A stretch of DNA of 64,000 bases from Planctomycetota bacterium (lineage in GTDB: Bacteria > Planctomycetota > B15-G4 > SIAN01). Location of the stretch: contig JANNXA010000010.1 in assembly GCA_031409275.1 (NCBI GenBank), positions 196,040 to 260,039 of the forward strand. The letters are read 5' to 3'. Of the stretch, positions 21,088 through 31,001 are shown piece after piece; position 1 is the first letter of the stretch, and every line of letters starts with the position of its first letter. A program made the translations under genes and the position numbers. The notes beneath the pieces were generated by a model that was not told the DNA's origin, made no database searches, and saw nothing but the letters and a program-made list of their open reading frames with translations.

Positions 21088-23015
21088 TGAGCTTCGAAAG
21101 CAGCAAGCTCGACGGGCGCTGCCCGTCCGGGCCGCTCGAGACGCGTTGGGAGCGCTGCAAGTCGGAGTTGAAGCTCATCAACCCCGCCAACAAGCGCAAG
21201 TACAAGGTGCTGGTGGTCGGCACCGGGCTCGCGGGCGCTTCGGCGGCCGCCACGCTCGGCGAGCTCGGCTACCAGGTGCACGCCTTCTGCTTCCAGGATT
21301 CGCCACGGCGCGCCCACTCGATCGCCGCGCAAGGCGGCATCAACGCCGCGAAGAACTACCAGAACGACGGCGACTCGGTCTGGCGCCTCTTCTACGACAC
21401 GATCAAGGGCGGCGACTTCCGCGCCCGCGAGAGCAACGTCCACCGCCTTGCCGAGGTCAGCCGCAACATCATCGACCAGTGCGTCGCGCAGGGCGTCCCG
21501 TTCGCGCGCGAGTACGGCGGGATGCTCGACAACCGCAGCTTCGGCGGCTCGCAGGTGTCGCGCACCTTCTACGCGCGCGGGCAGACCGGTCAGCAGCTCC
21601 TCATCGGCGCCTATCAGGCGCTCGCGCGGCAGATCGGCCTTGGCAGCGTGAAGATGTCGCCGCGCACCGAGATGCTCGACGTCGTCGTCATCGACGGCGT
21701 GGCGCGCGGCATCGTGGTGCGCGACCTCGTCACCGGCAAGGTCGAGTCGCACGTCGGCGACGCGGTGGTGCTGGCGACCGGCGGCTACGGCAACGTCTTC
21801 TTCCTGTCGACCAACGCGAAGAACTGCAACGTCACCGCGACGTGGCGCGCGCACAAGAAGGGCGCCTTCTTCGCGAACCCGTGCTACACGCAGATCCACC
21901 CCACCTGCATCCCGGTGAGCGGCGACCACCAGAGCAAGCTCACGCTGATGTCGGAGTCGCTGCGCAACGACGGCCGCATCTGGGTTCCGAAGAGCAAGGG
22001 CGACCAGCGCGCGCCCGACCAGATCCCCGAGGGCGAGCGCGACTACTACCTCGAACGGCGCTACCCGAGCTACGGCAACCTCGCGCCGCGCGACATCTCG
22101 AGCCGCAGCGCCAAGTACGCGTGCGATGAGGGGCGCGGCGTCGGACCAGGCGGGCTTGGCGTCTACCTCGACTTCGCCGACGCCATCCAGCGGCTGGGCG
22201 AGGCGACGATCCGCGAGCGCTACGGCAACCTGTTCGACATGTACGAGCGGATCACCGGCGAGAACCCCTACCGCGTGCCGATGCGCATCTACCCGGCCGT
22301 CCACTACACCATGGGTGGACTCTGGGTCGACTACCACCTGATGAGCAACCTGCCCGGCCTCTTCGTGCTGGGCGAGGCGAACTTCAGCGACCACGGCGCG
22401 AACCGACTCGGCGCGAGCGCGCTGATGCAGGGGCTCGCCGACGGCTACTTCGTGATCCCCTACACGCTCGGCCACTTCTTCGCGTCGACCAAGCTCGCCA
22501 AGGTCACCACCGACCACGCCGAGTTCAAGAAGGCGGAAGCCGAGGTCAACGGGCGCGCCAACCGGCTGCTGTCGATCCAAGGCAAACGGACCGTCGATTC
22601 GTTCCACCGCGAGCTCGGGAAGCTCATGTGGGACGAGGTCGGGATGGCGCGCAACAAGGAAGGGCTCGAGCGCACCCTGGCTCGCATTCCCGCGCTGCGC
22701 GAGGAGTTCTGGAGCAACGTCATCGTCCCCGGCTCCGGCGCCTCGCTGAACCAGGCGCTCGAGCGCGCCGGCCGCGTCGCCGACTTCCTCGAGTTCGCCG
22801 AGCTCCTCACGCTCGATGCGCTGCAGCGCGACGAATCGTGCGGCGGCCACTTCCGCACCGAGCATCAGACCGAGGATGGCGAAGCGGTCCGCAACGACGA
22901 CGACTACTGCTACGTCTCCGCCTGGGAGTGGAAGGGCGACGGCAAGCGCGCCGCCCTGCACCAGGAAGCGCTCGACTACGAGTTCGTCCACCTCGCGACC
23001 CGGAGCTACAAGTGA
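21087..23015 (+). CDS. sdhA: Succinate dehydrogenase/fumarate reductase flavoprotein subunit
   Basis: [46 protein letters not shown]; start MSFESS overlaps the sdhC stop. Confidence 0.96.
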   Translation: MSFESSKLDGRCPSGPLETRWERCKSELKLINPANKRKYKVLVVGTGLAGASAAATLGELGYQVHAFCFQDSPRRAHSIAAQGGINAAKNYQNDGDSVWRLFYDTIKGGDFRARESNVHRLAEVSRNIIDQCVAQGVPFAREYGGMLDNRSFGGSQVSRTFYARGQTGQQLLIGAYQALARQIGLGSVKMSPRTEMLDVVVIDGVARGIVVRDLVTGKVESHVGDAVVLATGGYGNVFFLSTNAKNCNVTATWRAHKKGAFFANPCYTQIHPTCIPVSGDHQSKLTLMSESLRNDGRIWVPKSKGDQRAPDQIPEGERDYYLERRYPSYGNLAPRDISSRSAKYACDEGRGVGPGGLGVYLDFADAIQRLGEATIRERYGNLFDMYERITGENPYRVPMRIYPAVHYTMGGLWVDYHLMSNLPGLFVLGEANFSDHGANRLGASALMQGLADGYFVIPYTLGHFFASTKLAKVTTDHAEFKKAEAEVNGRANRLLSIQGKRTVDSFHRELGKLMWDEVGMARNKEGLERTLARIPALREEFWSNVIVPGSGASLNQALERAGRVADFLEFAELLTLDALQRDESCGGHFRTEHQTEDGEAVRNDDDYCYVSAWEWKGDGKRAALHQEALDYEFVHLATRSYK

Positions 23016-23806
23016 TGAGCGCGCACGCGAACATGAAGCTCACGCTGCACGTCTGGCGGCAGAAGGACGGCAACGATCCCGGCCGCCTGGTCGCCTACCC
23101 GAACATCGACGTCAGCCCCGACATGTCGTTCCTCGAGATGCTCGACGTGCTGAACGAGCAGCTCCAGGCGCGCGGCGAGGAGCCGATCGCCTTCGACAGC
23201 GACTGCCGCGAGGGGATCTGCGGCACCTGCTCGCTCACCGTGAACGGCATTCCGCACGGCCCGCGCAAGGGCACGACGGCCTGCCAGCTCCACATGCGCG
23301 CCTACAAGGATGGCGACGAGATCTTCATCGAACCGTGGCGCGCCAAGGCGTTCCCGGTGCTGAAGGACCTGATCGTCGATCGCAGCGCCTTTGATCGCGT
23401 GATCGCCGCCGGCGGCTTCATCAGCGCGCGCACCGGCGGCTGCCCCGACGGCAACGCGATCGCGGTCCCGAAGCACGAGGCGGATCAGGCGATGGACGCG
23501 GCGGCCTGCATCGGCTGCGGCGCTTGCGTCGCCGCCTGCCCGAATGCGGCCGCGATGCTCTTCGTCGGCGCGAAGGTGAGCCACCTGCGCCACCTGCCGC
23601 AGGGCCAGGCGGAGCAGAAGCGACGCGCGCTGGCGATGGTCGACCAGATGGACAAGGAGGGGTTCGGCAACTGCTCGAACTACCTCGAATGCGAAGCGGT
23701 CTGCCCGAAGGAGATCTCGGTCAAGGTCATCGCCGAGATGAACCGCGACTACCTCTCGGCCTCGCTGCTGCACGACGAGCGCAAGTCCGGCGGCGGCGGC
23801 GGATGA
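23015..23806 (+). CDS. sdhB: Succinate dehydrogenase/fumarate reductase Fe-S subunit
   Basis: [34 protein letters not shown]. Confidence 0.96.
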   Translation: MSAHANMKLTLHVWRQKDGNDPGRLVAYPNIDVSPDMSFLEMLDVLNEQLQARGEEPIAFDSDCREGICGTCSLTVNGIPHGPRKGTTACQLHMRAYKDGDEIFIEPWRAKAFPVLKDLIVDRSAFDRVIAAGGFISARTGGCPDGNAIAVPKHEADQAMDAAACIGCGACVAACPNAAAMLFVGAKVSHLRHLPQGQAEQKRRALAMVDQMDKEGFGNCSNYLECEAVCPKEISVKVIAEMNRDYLSASLLHDERKSGGGGG

Positions 23807-24882
23807 TCCTCGCCCGGGCCGCGCGGGTGCTGGCGCAGTTGGCGCTCGCTTGCGCTGCCGGCGAGGCGACCGTGCGCCTCGTCCACCTGAACGAGCTGGC
23901 GCCGCCCGAGATCCTCGACGAGCAGCGCCGCATGATCGGCGACCTCTCCGAGATCACCTGGTTCTTCGGTCGCGAAGGACAGGAGCCGCCGCCCGGTTCG
24001 CTGACGCAGATCGCGCCGGGCGGCCTGAGCTACGGCTGGTACGACCGCCCGCGCTGGAGCTACTTCGATTCCCGCGGCTGCGTCGAGTACCGCATGAACT
24101 CGCTCGGCTTCCGGGACGCCGACTTCCCGCTTGAGAAGCCTGCCGGCGAGCTGCGCGTGATCGCCGTCGGCGACTCATTCACCTTCGCCGCTGGCGTCAA
24201 CCTCGCCGACTGCTGGGTGCAGCGGCTCGAGAAGAAGCTCACGACGGCGCGCGGCGCTCCGGTCGAGGTGGTGAACGCCGGCTTCTCCCGCGGCTTCCGA
24301 CCGGAGAGCTACGCCCCCTGGCTCGCCGAGCAGGGCGTGCGCCTCGATCCCGACGCGTTGATCGTCGGCTTCTGCCTGAACGACATCTCGACCGAGATCC
24401 CGATGTACGTGCCGCTCGCGCCGGACTTCCAGCCGTGGCTTGGCGGCGCGAGCCGATTGCTGACCGAGCTCCAGCGCACGCTCACCGGCTGGCTCGGCTC
24501 GCTCCATCCGCCGACGCCCACCGTCATCAAGGCGAAGCGGCTCGTCGCCGCCCACGCCGACGAATGGGAGCGGACGCGGCAGGGGCTGCTCGCGATGCGC
24601 GACCTGATGCAGGCGCGCCATGGCCGGATGGTGGTCGCGATCCTGCCGATGTTCTCGCAACTGCAGTCGGGCTACATGTTCGGCGAGCTGCACGCGCTGG
24701 TCCGCGACTTCTGCACCGCCGAGGCGATCGAGTGCGTCGACCTGCTGCCCGCCTTCCTCGGCAGCAACGAGCGCGACCTCTGGGTCCACCCCACCGACCA
24801 GCACCCCAACGACGTCGGCCAGGAGCGCATTGCCGCCACCCTCGCCGACTATTTCGCCAGCCACCCCCTGGCCCCCCGCTGA
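23803..24882 (+). CDS. SGNH/GDSL hydrolase family protein
   Basis: [37 protein letters not shown] overlap with sdhB. Confidence 0.85.
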   Translation: MILARAARVLAQLALACAAGEATVRLVHLNELAPPEILDEQRRMIGDLSEITWFFGREGQEPPPGSLTQIAPGGLSYGWYDRPRWSYFDSRGCVEYRMNSLGFRDADFPLEKPAGELRVIAVGDSFTFAAGVNLADCWVQRLEKKLTTARGAPVEVVNAGFSRGFRPESYAPWLAEQGVRLDPDALIVGFCLNDISTEIPMYVPLAPDFQPWLGGASRLLTELQRTLTGWLGSLHPPTPTVIKAKRLVAAHADEWERTRQGLLAMRDLMQARHGRMVVAILPMFSQLQSGYMFGELHALVRDFCTAEAIECVDLLPAFLGSNERDLWVHPTDQHPNDVGQERIAATLADYFASHPLAPR

Positions 24883-24964
24883 ACACGGGGCGTAGCTAGT
24901 CTCCTGCACTCGCCGATGAGGCGGTGGCGCGACCTGCCACTGTTTTCGTCGCCATGGAGAGGCC

Positions 24965-26404
24965 ATGTCCCGCGCGCTCTGCTCGCTGCTCGTTGCGGTC
25001 GCCGTCGCGATCGCGTCGCTCGGCGCCGTCGCGCGCGACGGGCAGGAGACGCCCGCGCCGCCCCCCGCCGAACTGGGCACGGCCGAGGCCTCGGCAACGC
25101 GCGTCGAAACGCCGCGCGCGAACTTCATCCTGGTGACGCTCGACACGACTCGCGCGGACCACCTCGGCTGCTACGGCTACGCGCGCGCGACCACGCCGAA
25201 CCTCGATGCCTTCGCGGCCGAGTCGCTCCTCTTCGAGAACTGCTACGCCCCCATCGCCCACACGACGCCAAGCCATGCCTCGCTCTTCACCGGCGTCTTC
25301 CCGTACGAGCACGGCGTGCTGGCCTGCTCGTTCCGAGCCGACGAGCGAGTGCAGGAGCAGCGCGCGTTCGTCTCCACCGCGCGCCTGAAGAGCTACCCGC
25401 AGATCCTCGCCGACCACGGCTTCGCCACCGGCGGTTTCGTCACGGCGGCGACCACCAAGAAGGTGACCGGGCTTGCCGCGGGCTTCGCGGCGTGGGGCGA
25501 GCCGAGCGGTGAAGTGCGGGCCGGTGCCGAAGCGCTTTCGGAAGCGCTCGCCTGGCTCGAGACCGCGCCAGAGCCCTTCTGCCTCTGGCTGCATCTCTTC
25601 GATGCCCACGCTCCGCCACGCGAGAAGAACGCGAAGCACGTGCAGAAGTTCCCGGCCGATGCGGCGCTGCGCGCTCACCTCGCGGAACGGAAGATCGATG
25701 GCGGGCTCGCCAACCTCGAGCGCGAGTTCGCCCTCTACGACGCCGGCGTGCGCCTGATGGATGACCACTTCCGCGACCTGCGCGCCGCGCTCGTCGCGAG
25801 AGGCGCGTGGGACGACAGCGTCATCGTGGTCACCGGAGACCACGGGGAAGGGCTCTACCAGCATGGCGAGCGCACGCACGGCACCGTCTGGAAGGAGCAG
25901 CTTCACGTGCCGCTGATGGTGCGCGTGCCCGGCCACGCACCGCAACGCGTTGCGACGGTCCTCTCCACCATCGACATCCTGCCGACCGCGGTGACGCTCG
26001 CCGGCGCCACGCTGCCGTCCGACGAACTCCTGCTGCAAGCGCACGGCCACGCGGCGCTCGCCGAGGACTTCGAGGAGCGCCCGGTCTTCTCGATGTCACC
26101 GCCCAAACGCGGCGAGTTCTCGCTCTCGACGGCGCGCTGGCGGCTGATCCGGCGCAAGGGCGGCGAGTCGGAGCTCTATGACCTCGAAGCCGACCCCTTC
26201 GAGCTGCACGACGTCGCCGCGGCGCAGCCCGACATCACCGACCGCCTCGCCACGCTGCTGCGCCAGTCGATCGCCGAGCAGAAGCGCCGTCACTCCTGGT
26301 ACCACGACGGCAAGGCGGTGACCGACGACCTGTCGGAAGAGGAGCGCGAGCGGCTCCGGAGGGAACTCGAGGCGATCGGCTACACCGAGGGCGATGACGA
26401 CTGA
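24965..26404 (+). CDS. Exported sulfatase-like hydrolase/transferase
   Basis: Signal peptide; LDTTRADHL, HTTPSHASLFTG, FDAHAP, GDHGEG, ELYDLEADPFE, LEAIGY. Confidence 0.88.
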   Translation: MSRALCSLLVAVAVAIASLGAVARDGQETPAPPPAELGTAEASATRVETPRANFILVTLDTTRADHLGCYGYARATTPNLDAFAAESLLFENCYAPIAHTTPSHASLFTGVFPYEHGVLACSFRADERVQEQRAFVSTARLKSYPQILADHGFATGGFVTAATTKKVTGLAAGFAAWGEPSGEVRAGAEALSEALAWLETAPEPFCLWLHLFDAHAPPREKNAKHVQKFPADAALRAHLAERKIDGGLANLEREFALYDAGVRLMDDHFRDLRAALVARGAWDDSVIVVTGDHGEGLYQHGERTHGTVWKEQLHVPLMVRVPGHAPQRVATVLSTIDILPTAVTLAGATLPSDELLLQAHGHAALAEDFEERPVFSMSPPKRGEFSLSTARWRLIRRKGGESELYDLEADPFELHDVAAAQPDITDRLATLLRQSIAEQKRRHSWYHDGKAVTDDLSEEERERLRRELEAIGYTEGDDD

Positions 26405-26413
26405 ACGCGAAGC

Positions 26414-27580
26414 TCACGGGCTCGCGGACGGGAAGACGTCGTAGCGCAGCCACCGGCATTCGATCGGGCCATCCATCAGCGGCATCTTGCGGCTCGCCTT
26501 CAAGCCGAGCAGGCGCGGCAGCTCAGGATTGCCCGACAGCACATGCGCGTGGCAGCCGAGCGCCTTCTGGTGCAGGAAGCGGCCGAGCGCATTCCACGAG
26601 TCGATCAGCTCCTCGCCTTCGCCGAGGCGCTGCCCCCACGGCGGATTGGTCACCAGCGTGAACGGCGGCGCCGGCGGCACGAAGTCGTCGACCTCCGCAT
26701 GCGTGAACGAGACCAGCCCCTCGACCTGCGCTTCGCGCCCGCTCCGCCGCGCCAGCTCGATCGCCCCTTCGTGCCGATCGGCGCCCGCGATCGCGAACGG
26801 CAGCGCCCGCTTCGCGCGCTGCACCGCACCCTCCTTCATGATCGCCCACGTGCGCACGTCGAAGTCGGGGAAGCGCTCGAAGGCGAAGCGACGCAGCATG
26901 CCGGGCGCGCGGTCGGCGGCGATGCACGCGGCCTCCACGACGAACGTCCCCGAGCCGCACATCGGGTCGACCAGCGTCGACTTGCGATCCCACGACGAGG
27001 CCAGCAGCAATCCGGCCGCGATCGCCTCGTTCAGCGGGCTCTTGACCTGGATCGGCCGCCAGCCGCGCTTGTGCAGGCTCTCGCCCGACAGGTTCACGTA
27101 GAGGCGCAGCCGATCCTTGAGCAGCGTGAGCTTGATCGGCAGATGCGGATCGTTGGTGTCGACATTGGGCCGGCGCCCGAACTTCTTGCGGAAGCGGTCG
27201 ACGATCGCGTCCTTCGCGGTGAGCGCGGCGAAGCCGGAGTGAGTGATGGCTGAATCGCGCACCGACGCATCGATGGCCAGCGTGCCGTCCACATCGAGCC
27301 ACCGCTCCCACTCGATCTCGGTGACCGAGCCGTAGAGCTCCTCCTTGATGCGCACCGGAACGTCCAGCACGAGCTGCTGCACGCGCACCGCGGCGCGCAG
27401 CCAGAGGTTCGCCGCGTAGCCGAGGTTCTTGTCGCCGCGGAAGGCGACGCCGCCGCGACGCACTTCGACGTCGCTCGCGCGCAGACCGGCCAGTTCCTCC
27501 GCCACCACCAGCTCGAGGCCGAGCGTGCAGGGGGCGAAGTAGTCGAACAGCGTCGCGCCGTCTTGCGCCGGCAGCGTCAT
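26414..27580 (-). CDS. THUMP-domain 23S rRNA methyltransferase (RlmL/YpsC-like)
   Basis: GLELVVAEEL, SGESLHKRGWR, PLNEAIAAG, DPMCGSGT, TNPPWG. Confidence 0.9.
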   Translation of the reverse strand: MTLPAQDGATLFDYFAPCTLGLELVVAEELAGLRASDVEVRRGGVAFRGDKNLGYAANLWLRAAVRVQQLVLDVPVRIKEELYGSVTEIEWERWLDVDGTLAIDASVRDSAITHSGFAALTAKDAIVDRFRKKFGRRPNVDTNDPHLPIKLTLLKDRLRLYVNLSGESLHKRGWRPIQVKSPLNEAIAAGLLLASSWDRKSTLVDPMCGSGTFVVEAACIAADRAPGMLRRFAFERFPDFDVRTWAIMKEGAVQRAKRALPFAIAGADRHEGAIELARRSGREAQVEGLVSFTHAEVDDFVPPAPPFTLVTNPPWGQRLGEGEELIDSWNALGRFLHQKALGCHAHVLSGNPELPRLLGLKASRKMPLMDGPIECRWLRYDVFPSASP

Positions 27581-30500
27581 CGCAACGACGCCAGGAAGGC
27601 GACGAGGTCGCGCAGATCGCGCGGCTCCATGCGAGTGGCGAGTTCGGCCGGCATCGCCGAGAGGCCGATCCGTCGCGATTGGACGCCGCTCTTCAGCACC
27701 GCGAGCTGACGGAAGTCGACGGTCGCCACCCGCCAATGGGTCGCGTCCTCGCCGATCACGCGACCGTCGACCACCTGGCCATCGCTCATGACGAACACGG
27801 TCGAGTTGTAGCCCACCGCGGCGTCGCGATTCGGATCGACGATCGAAGCCAGCAGGTAGGTGGCATCGCGCCGCGCGGCGATCCCGGCGAGATCAGGGCC
27901 CGCTTCACCGGCGCCCTCGTTGCCGACCTTGTGGCACTTCACGCACTGCAGGTCATTGCGGTTGAAGAAGAGGTCGCGGCCGCGCCCGGCATCGCCGCCG
28001 CTCGCGCACTCCAGGTAGGCGGCGAGCTTGTCGCCGGCGGGCTGCCGCGCCGCGTGCTCCGCAAGGCGCGCGGCCACTGCCGCCACCGCCTTCTTCTTCC
28101 TTGCCGCTTCCAGCAGGTCGAGCGCCACCGGCGCCGCCAATTTGCCGGCCAGCATGGCATCGAGCTGCTGCACCAGCAGCTCAGCAGCGCGCGGATCGCC
28201 CATCTCGCCAAGGATCGAGTAGGCGTCCTGCTGCTCGGCGATCGAACCGCGCTCCAGCGCCTTGATCAGCACGATCAACGCCTGCTGCGGATCGAGGCGC
28301 GCAAGCTGCTTCCTCGCGGCGCCGCGCACGCGCGAATCGTCATCGGCGAGCAGCGTCTCCACGACGTCGCGCAACTGCGGCGCGGCGGTCGCGGCCAGCG
28401 CGTCGAGCGCCGCGCTGCGTGCCTCGCTGCGCGCCGCGCGTCGCCGCGCCAGCGCCGTGAGCGCGTCGGCATGGATCGCGAGCTTCTCGCGTTGGAGGAA
28501 GCGTGCCGCCTCCTCCGCCAGACTGCCAACCGGCGACGCGAGCAGCGCCTCGACGTGGCCCGCAAGCGCCGCAGCAGCAGCCGGCGCGCGGCCGGGCGCG
28601 CATGGCCGCCAGACGCCGAGCATCCGATCGCGCGCCGGCGGGGCATCGAAGTCCGACAACGCGCGCAGCGCCTCGGCGCGGATCTCTTCGGGTAGATCCT
28701 CGCGCACGGCCGCCGCCTTCGCCAGGCGCGCCGCCTGCTCGGTGCCGCCCAGACGCCACGCCGCGTTCACCGCACGGCGCAAGATCGGCAGCTCATGCAC
28801 GCCGCGCGCATCGAGCAGCGCCGCGACCTGCGGCAGCGCGCTCGCGATCGGCAGGTCATGGATGACGCGCACGGCCTCGGTGACCAGCGCGCGTTCCGGA
28901 TCGGCGAGGAAGCGCTCGAGTTCCGGAGCCGCGTGGCGACGCAACGCGAGCAGCGCCGCCATCCGCACCGCAGGAGACGGGTGGCTCGACAGCGGCGCCA
29001 GGCGCGTCGCATCGGCGCACGCCGCCAACGCCACCACCACCGCGTGGCGGATCAGCAGGTCGGAATCGCCATTCGTCGCGGCCAGCGTCAGCAGCGGCTC
29101 GAAGGCGCGGCCATCGGCCAGGTCGCCCAGCGCCTGCGCCGCGAAGAAGCGAGCGCGCGGTGCGGCGTCGGCCAGCAGCGCGCACAGCGGTGCGAACGCC
29201 GCGACCGCCTTCGCTTCGCCGAGCCCCTTCGCGACCTGCGCTCGCACTTCGGCGTCGGAATCGTTCAGCAGCGGCAGCAGGGCCGCGACCGCGCCAGCGG
29301 CGGCGGGCCCACCCTTGCGCGCGATCTGCGCCAACGCCCAGACGCCGTGAACGCGCGTGCGCGTCCCGCCAGTGAGGCGGGTGATCGTGCGCAACGCGTC
29401 GACGCTGCCGCGCGCCGCCAACGCGAACTGCGCCTCCTGGCGCACGCGCGCATCGGAGTGGCCAAGCAGGCCCTGCAGCTCGCGCTCTTCACGGCCGCTG
29501 AGCCCCTGCGCCAGCAGCCGCTGCACCTCGGCGGTCGCCTTGCTGGCGCGCACGGCCGGATCGAAGACGCGCCAGACGCGGCCGCGCTTGGGCTGCGCCC
29601 AGCCCTCGACCCAGTCGGTGACGTAGAGGCAACCGTCGGCACCGAACTCGCAGTCGGTCGCGACGATGCCGCGCTCGATGAGCGGCTTCTCCCAAGCCAG
29701 TCGATAGCCCGCGCCGTCCGCCGCCACGTCGAAGGCGACGACCCGCGTGTTGTCCCACTGCGCCTCGAAGTCGCAAACGAGGAAGGCGCCGGCGAACTCG
29801 CCCGGCAGGAGCCGACCCGGATCGCGCGTGAGACCCGACGGGCCGTTCACGAGATTGGTCACGCAAGGCAACAGCCACGCCGGCTGCTCGCTGTTGCGCG
29901 GGTGCCACATCTTCTCGCTGTTCCACGGGCCGCGCGCATTGGGCGAGCTGATCCACTGCCAGCCAACGCTCCAGCCCGTCGCGCCGCCCTTCACGATCTG
30001 GACGAGACGGGCGCGATCGCCGCTGTCGGAGTTGTTGTCGCAGGTGAAGAGGTCGCCCTGCTCGTTGAAGGCGAGCTCCTGCGGATTGCGCAGCCCGGTG
30101 TGGAAGAGCTCGAGGTTGGCCCCGTCGGGCTCGCAGCGCAGCACCGCGCCCGTGTCCGGCAGCGCGAGGTGGCGCCCCTCCTTCGTCACCACGTCGAGGC
30201 CGCGATCGCCGAGCGAGAAATAGAGGCGACCGTCGGGTCCGAAGCGCAGGCCGTGCAGGTCGTGGCCCACGAAGTTGAAGTGGACGCCGTACCCGCTCGA
30301 GAGCGCCTCCTTCTGATCGGCGCGGCCATCGCCGTCGACGTCGCGCAGGCGCCACAAGTGCGGCATGTCGGTGAAGTAGACCTCCTTGCCGCGCACCAGC
30401 ACGCCGGCAGCGACGCCGTCCGCCTCCTCGTCGAATCCGTCGGCGAAGACGCTCGACCAGTCGACGCGGCCGTCGCGATCGCGATCGCGCAACAGGCGCA

Positions 30501-30879
30501 CCCGCTCGCTCTCCTTGCGGAAGAGAGCGGGATCCTTCGCGTGCTTGCGGATCATCGCCACGCGGTCGGCCACGGTCCGGCAGGCGAGGTCATCCTCGAG
30601 CCAGTCGGGCCAGTCGCGCATGTCGAGCACCTGCTTGTCGCGGCGGAAGGTCTCCACCACGTAGCAGTCGCCGTTGGGCGCGAGGTCGAGCGCGACGAGG
30701 TTCGCGCAGAACGGTTCGGCCGCGAAGAGCTCGCCCTTCAGGCCGGGCGCGAGCGCCAGACGCGACAGCGCCTTCAGCGCCGAGCCATCGTCGGGAAGGA
30801 TCTCGGGGGCGTAGCCCGATGGGCTTGGGATCACCTGCGCGACCGCGAACGCGGCGCACAGCGAAAGGGGCGTCGACAT
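27577..30879 (-). CDS. PVC-type heme-binding CxxCH protein (glucose/sorbosone dehydrogenase-like propeller, HEAT repeats, cytochrome c)
   Basis: HDLHGLRFGPDGRLYFSLGD, GLRNPQELAF, YVTDW, HEAT repeats, GRDLFF...CVKCH...GPDL, SAMP; start placed at MSTPLS. Confidence 0.9.
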   Translation of the reverse strand: MSTPLSLCAAFAVAQVIPSPSGYAPEILPDDGSALKALSRLALAPGLKGELFAAEPFCANLVALDLAPNGDCYVVETFRRDKQVLDMRDWPDWLEDDLACRTVADRVAMIRKHAKDPALFRKESERVRLLRDRDRDGRVDWSSVFADGFDEEADGVAAGVLVRGKEVYFTDMPHLWRLRDVDGDGRADQKEALSSGYGVHFNFVGHDLHGLRFGPDGRLYFSLGDRGLDVVTKEGRHLALPDTGAVLRCEPDGANLELFHTGLRNPQELAFNEQGDLFTCDNNSDSGDRARLVQIVKGGATGWSVGWQWISSPNARGPWNSEKMWHPRNSEQPAWLLPCVTNLVNGPSGLTRDPGRLLPGEFAGAFLVCDFEAQWDNTRVVAFDVAADGAGYRLAWEKPLIERGIVATDCEFGADGCLYVTDWVEGWAQPKRGRVWRVFDPAVRASKATAEVQRLLAQGLSGREERELQGLLGHSDARVRQEAQFALAARGSVDALRTITRLTGGTRTRVHGVWALAQIARKGGPAAAGAVAALLPLLNDSDAEVRAQVAKGLGEAKAVAAFAPLCALLADAAPRARFFAAQALGDLADGRAFEPLLTLAATNGDSDLLIRHAVVVALAACADATRLAPLSSHPSPAVRMAALLALRRHAAPELERFLADPERALVTEAVRVIHDLPIASALPQVAALLDARGVHELPILRRAVNAAWRLGGTEQAARLAKAAAVREDLPEEIRAEALRALSDFDAPPARDRMLGVWRPCAPGRAPAAAAALAGHVEALLASPVGSLAEEAARFLQREKLAIHADALTALARRRAARSEARSAALDALAATAAPQLRDVVETLLADDDSRVRGAARKQLARLDPQQALIVLIKALERGSIAEQQDAYSILGEMGDPRAAELLVQQLDAMLAGKLAAPVALDLLEAARKKKAVAAVAARLAEHAARQPAGDKLAAYLECASGGDAGRGRDLFFNRNDLQCVKCHKVGNEGAGEAGPDLAGIAARRDATYLLASIVDPNRDAAVGYNSTVFVMSDGQVVDGRVIGEDATHWRVATVDFRQLAVLKSGVQSRRIGLSAMPAELATRMEPRDLRDLVAFLASLR

Positions 30880-31001
30880 CGGCTCGGCTCGCTCCGGAAG
30901 CGGGGACGCAGGTGGACGGAAGGCGCGGGAGCCTACCGTCCGCCGCGAGGGCCCGCAGCGGGCGAGGAGCCGAACGTGGCGGGCTGCGAGGCCGCTCCCT
31001 G

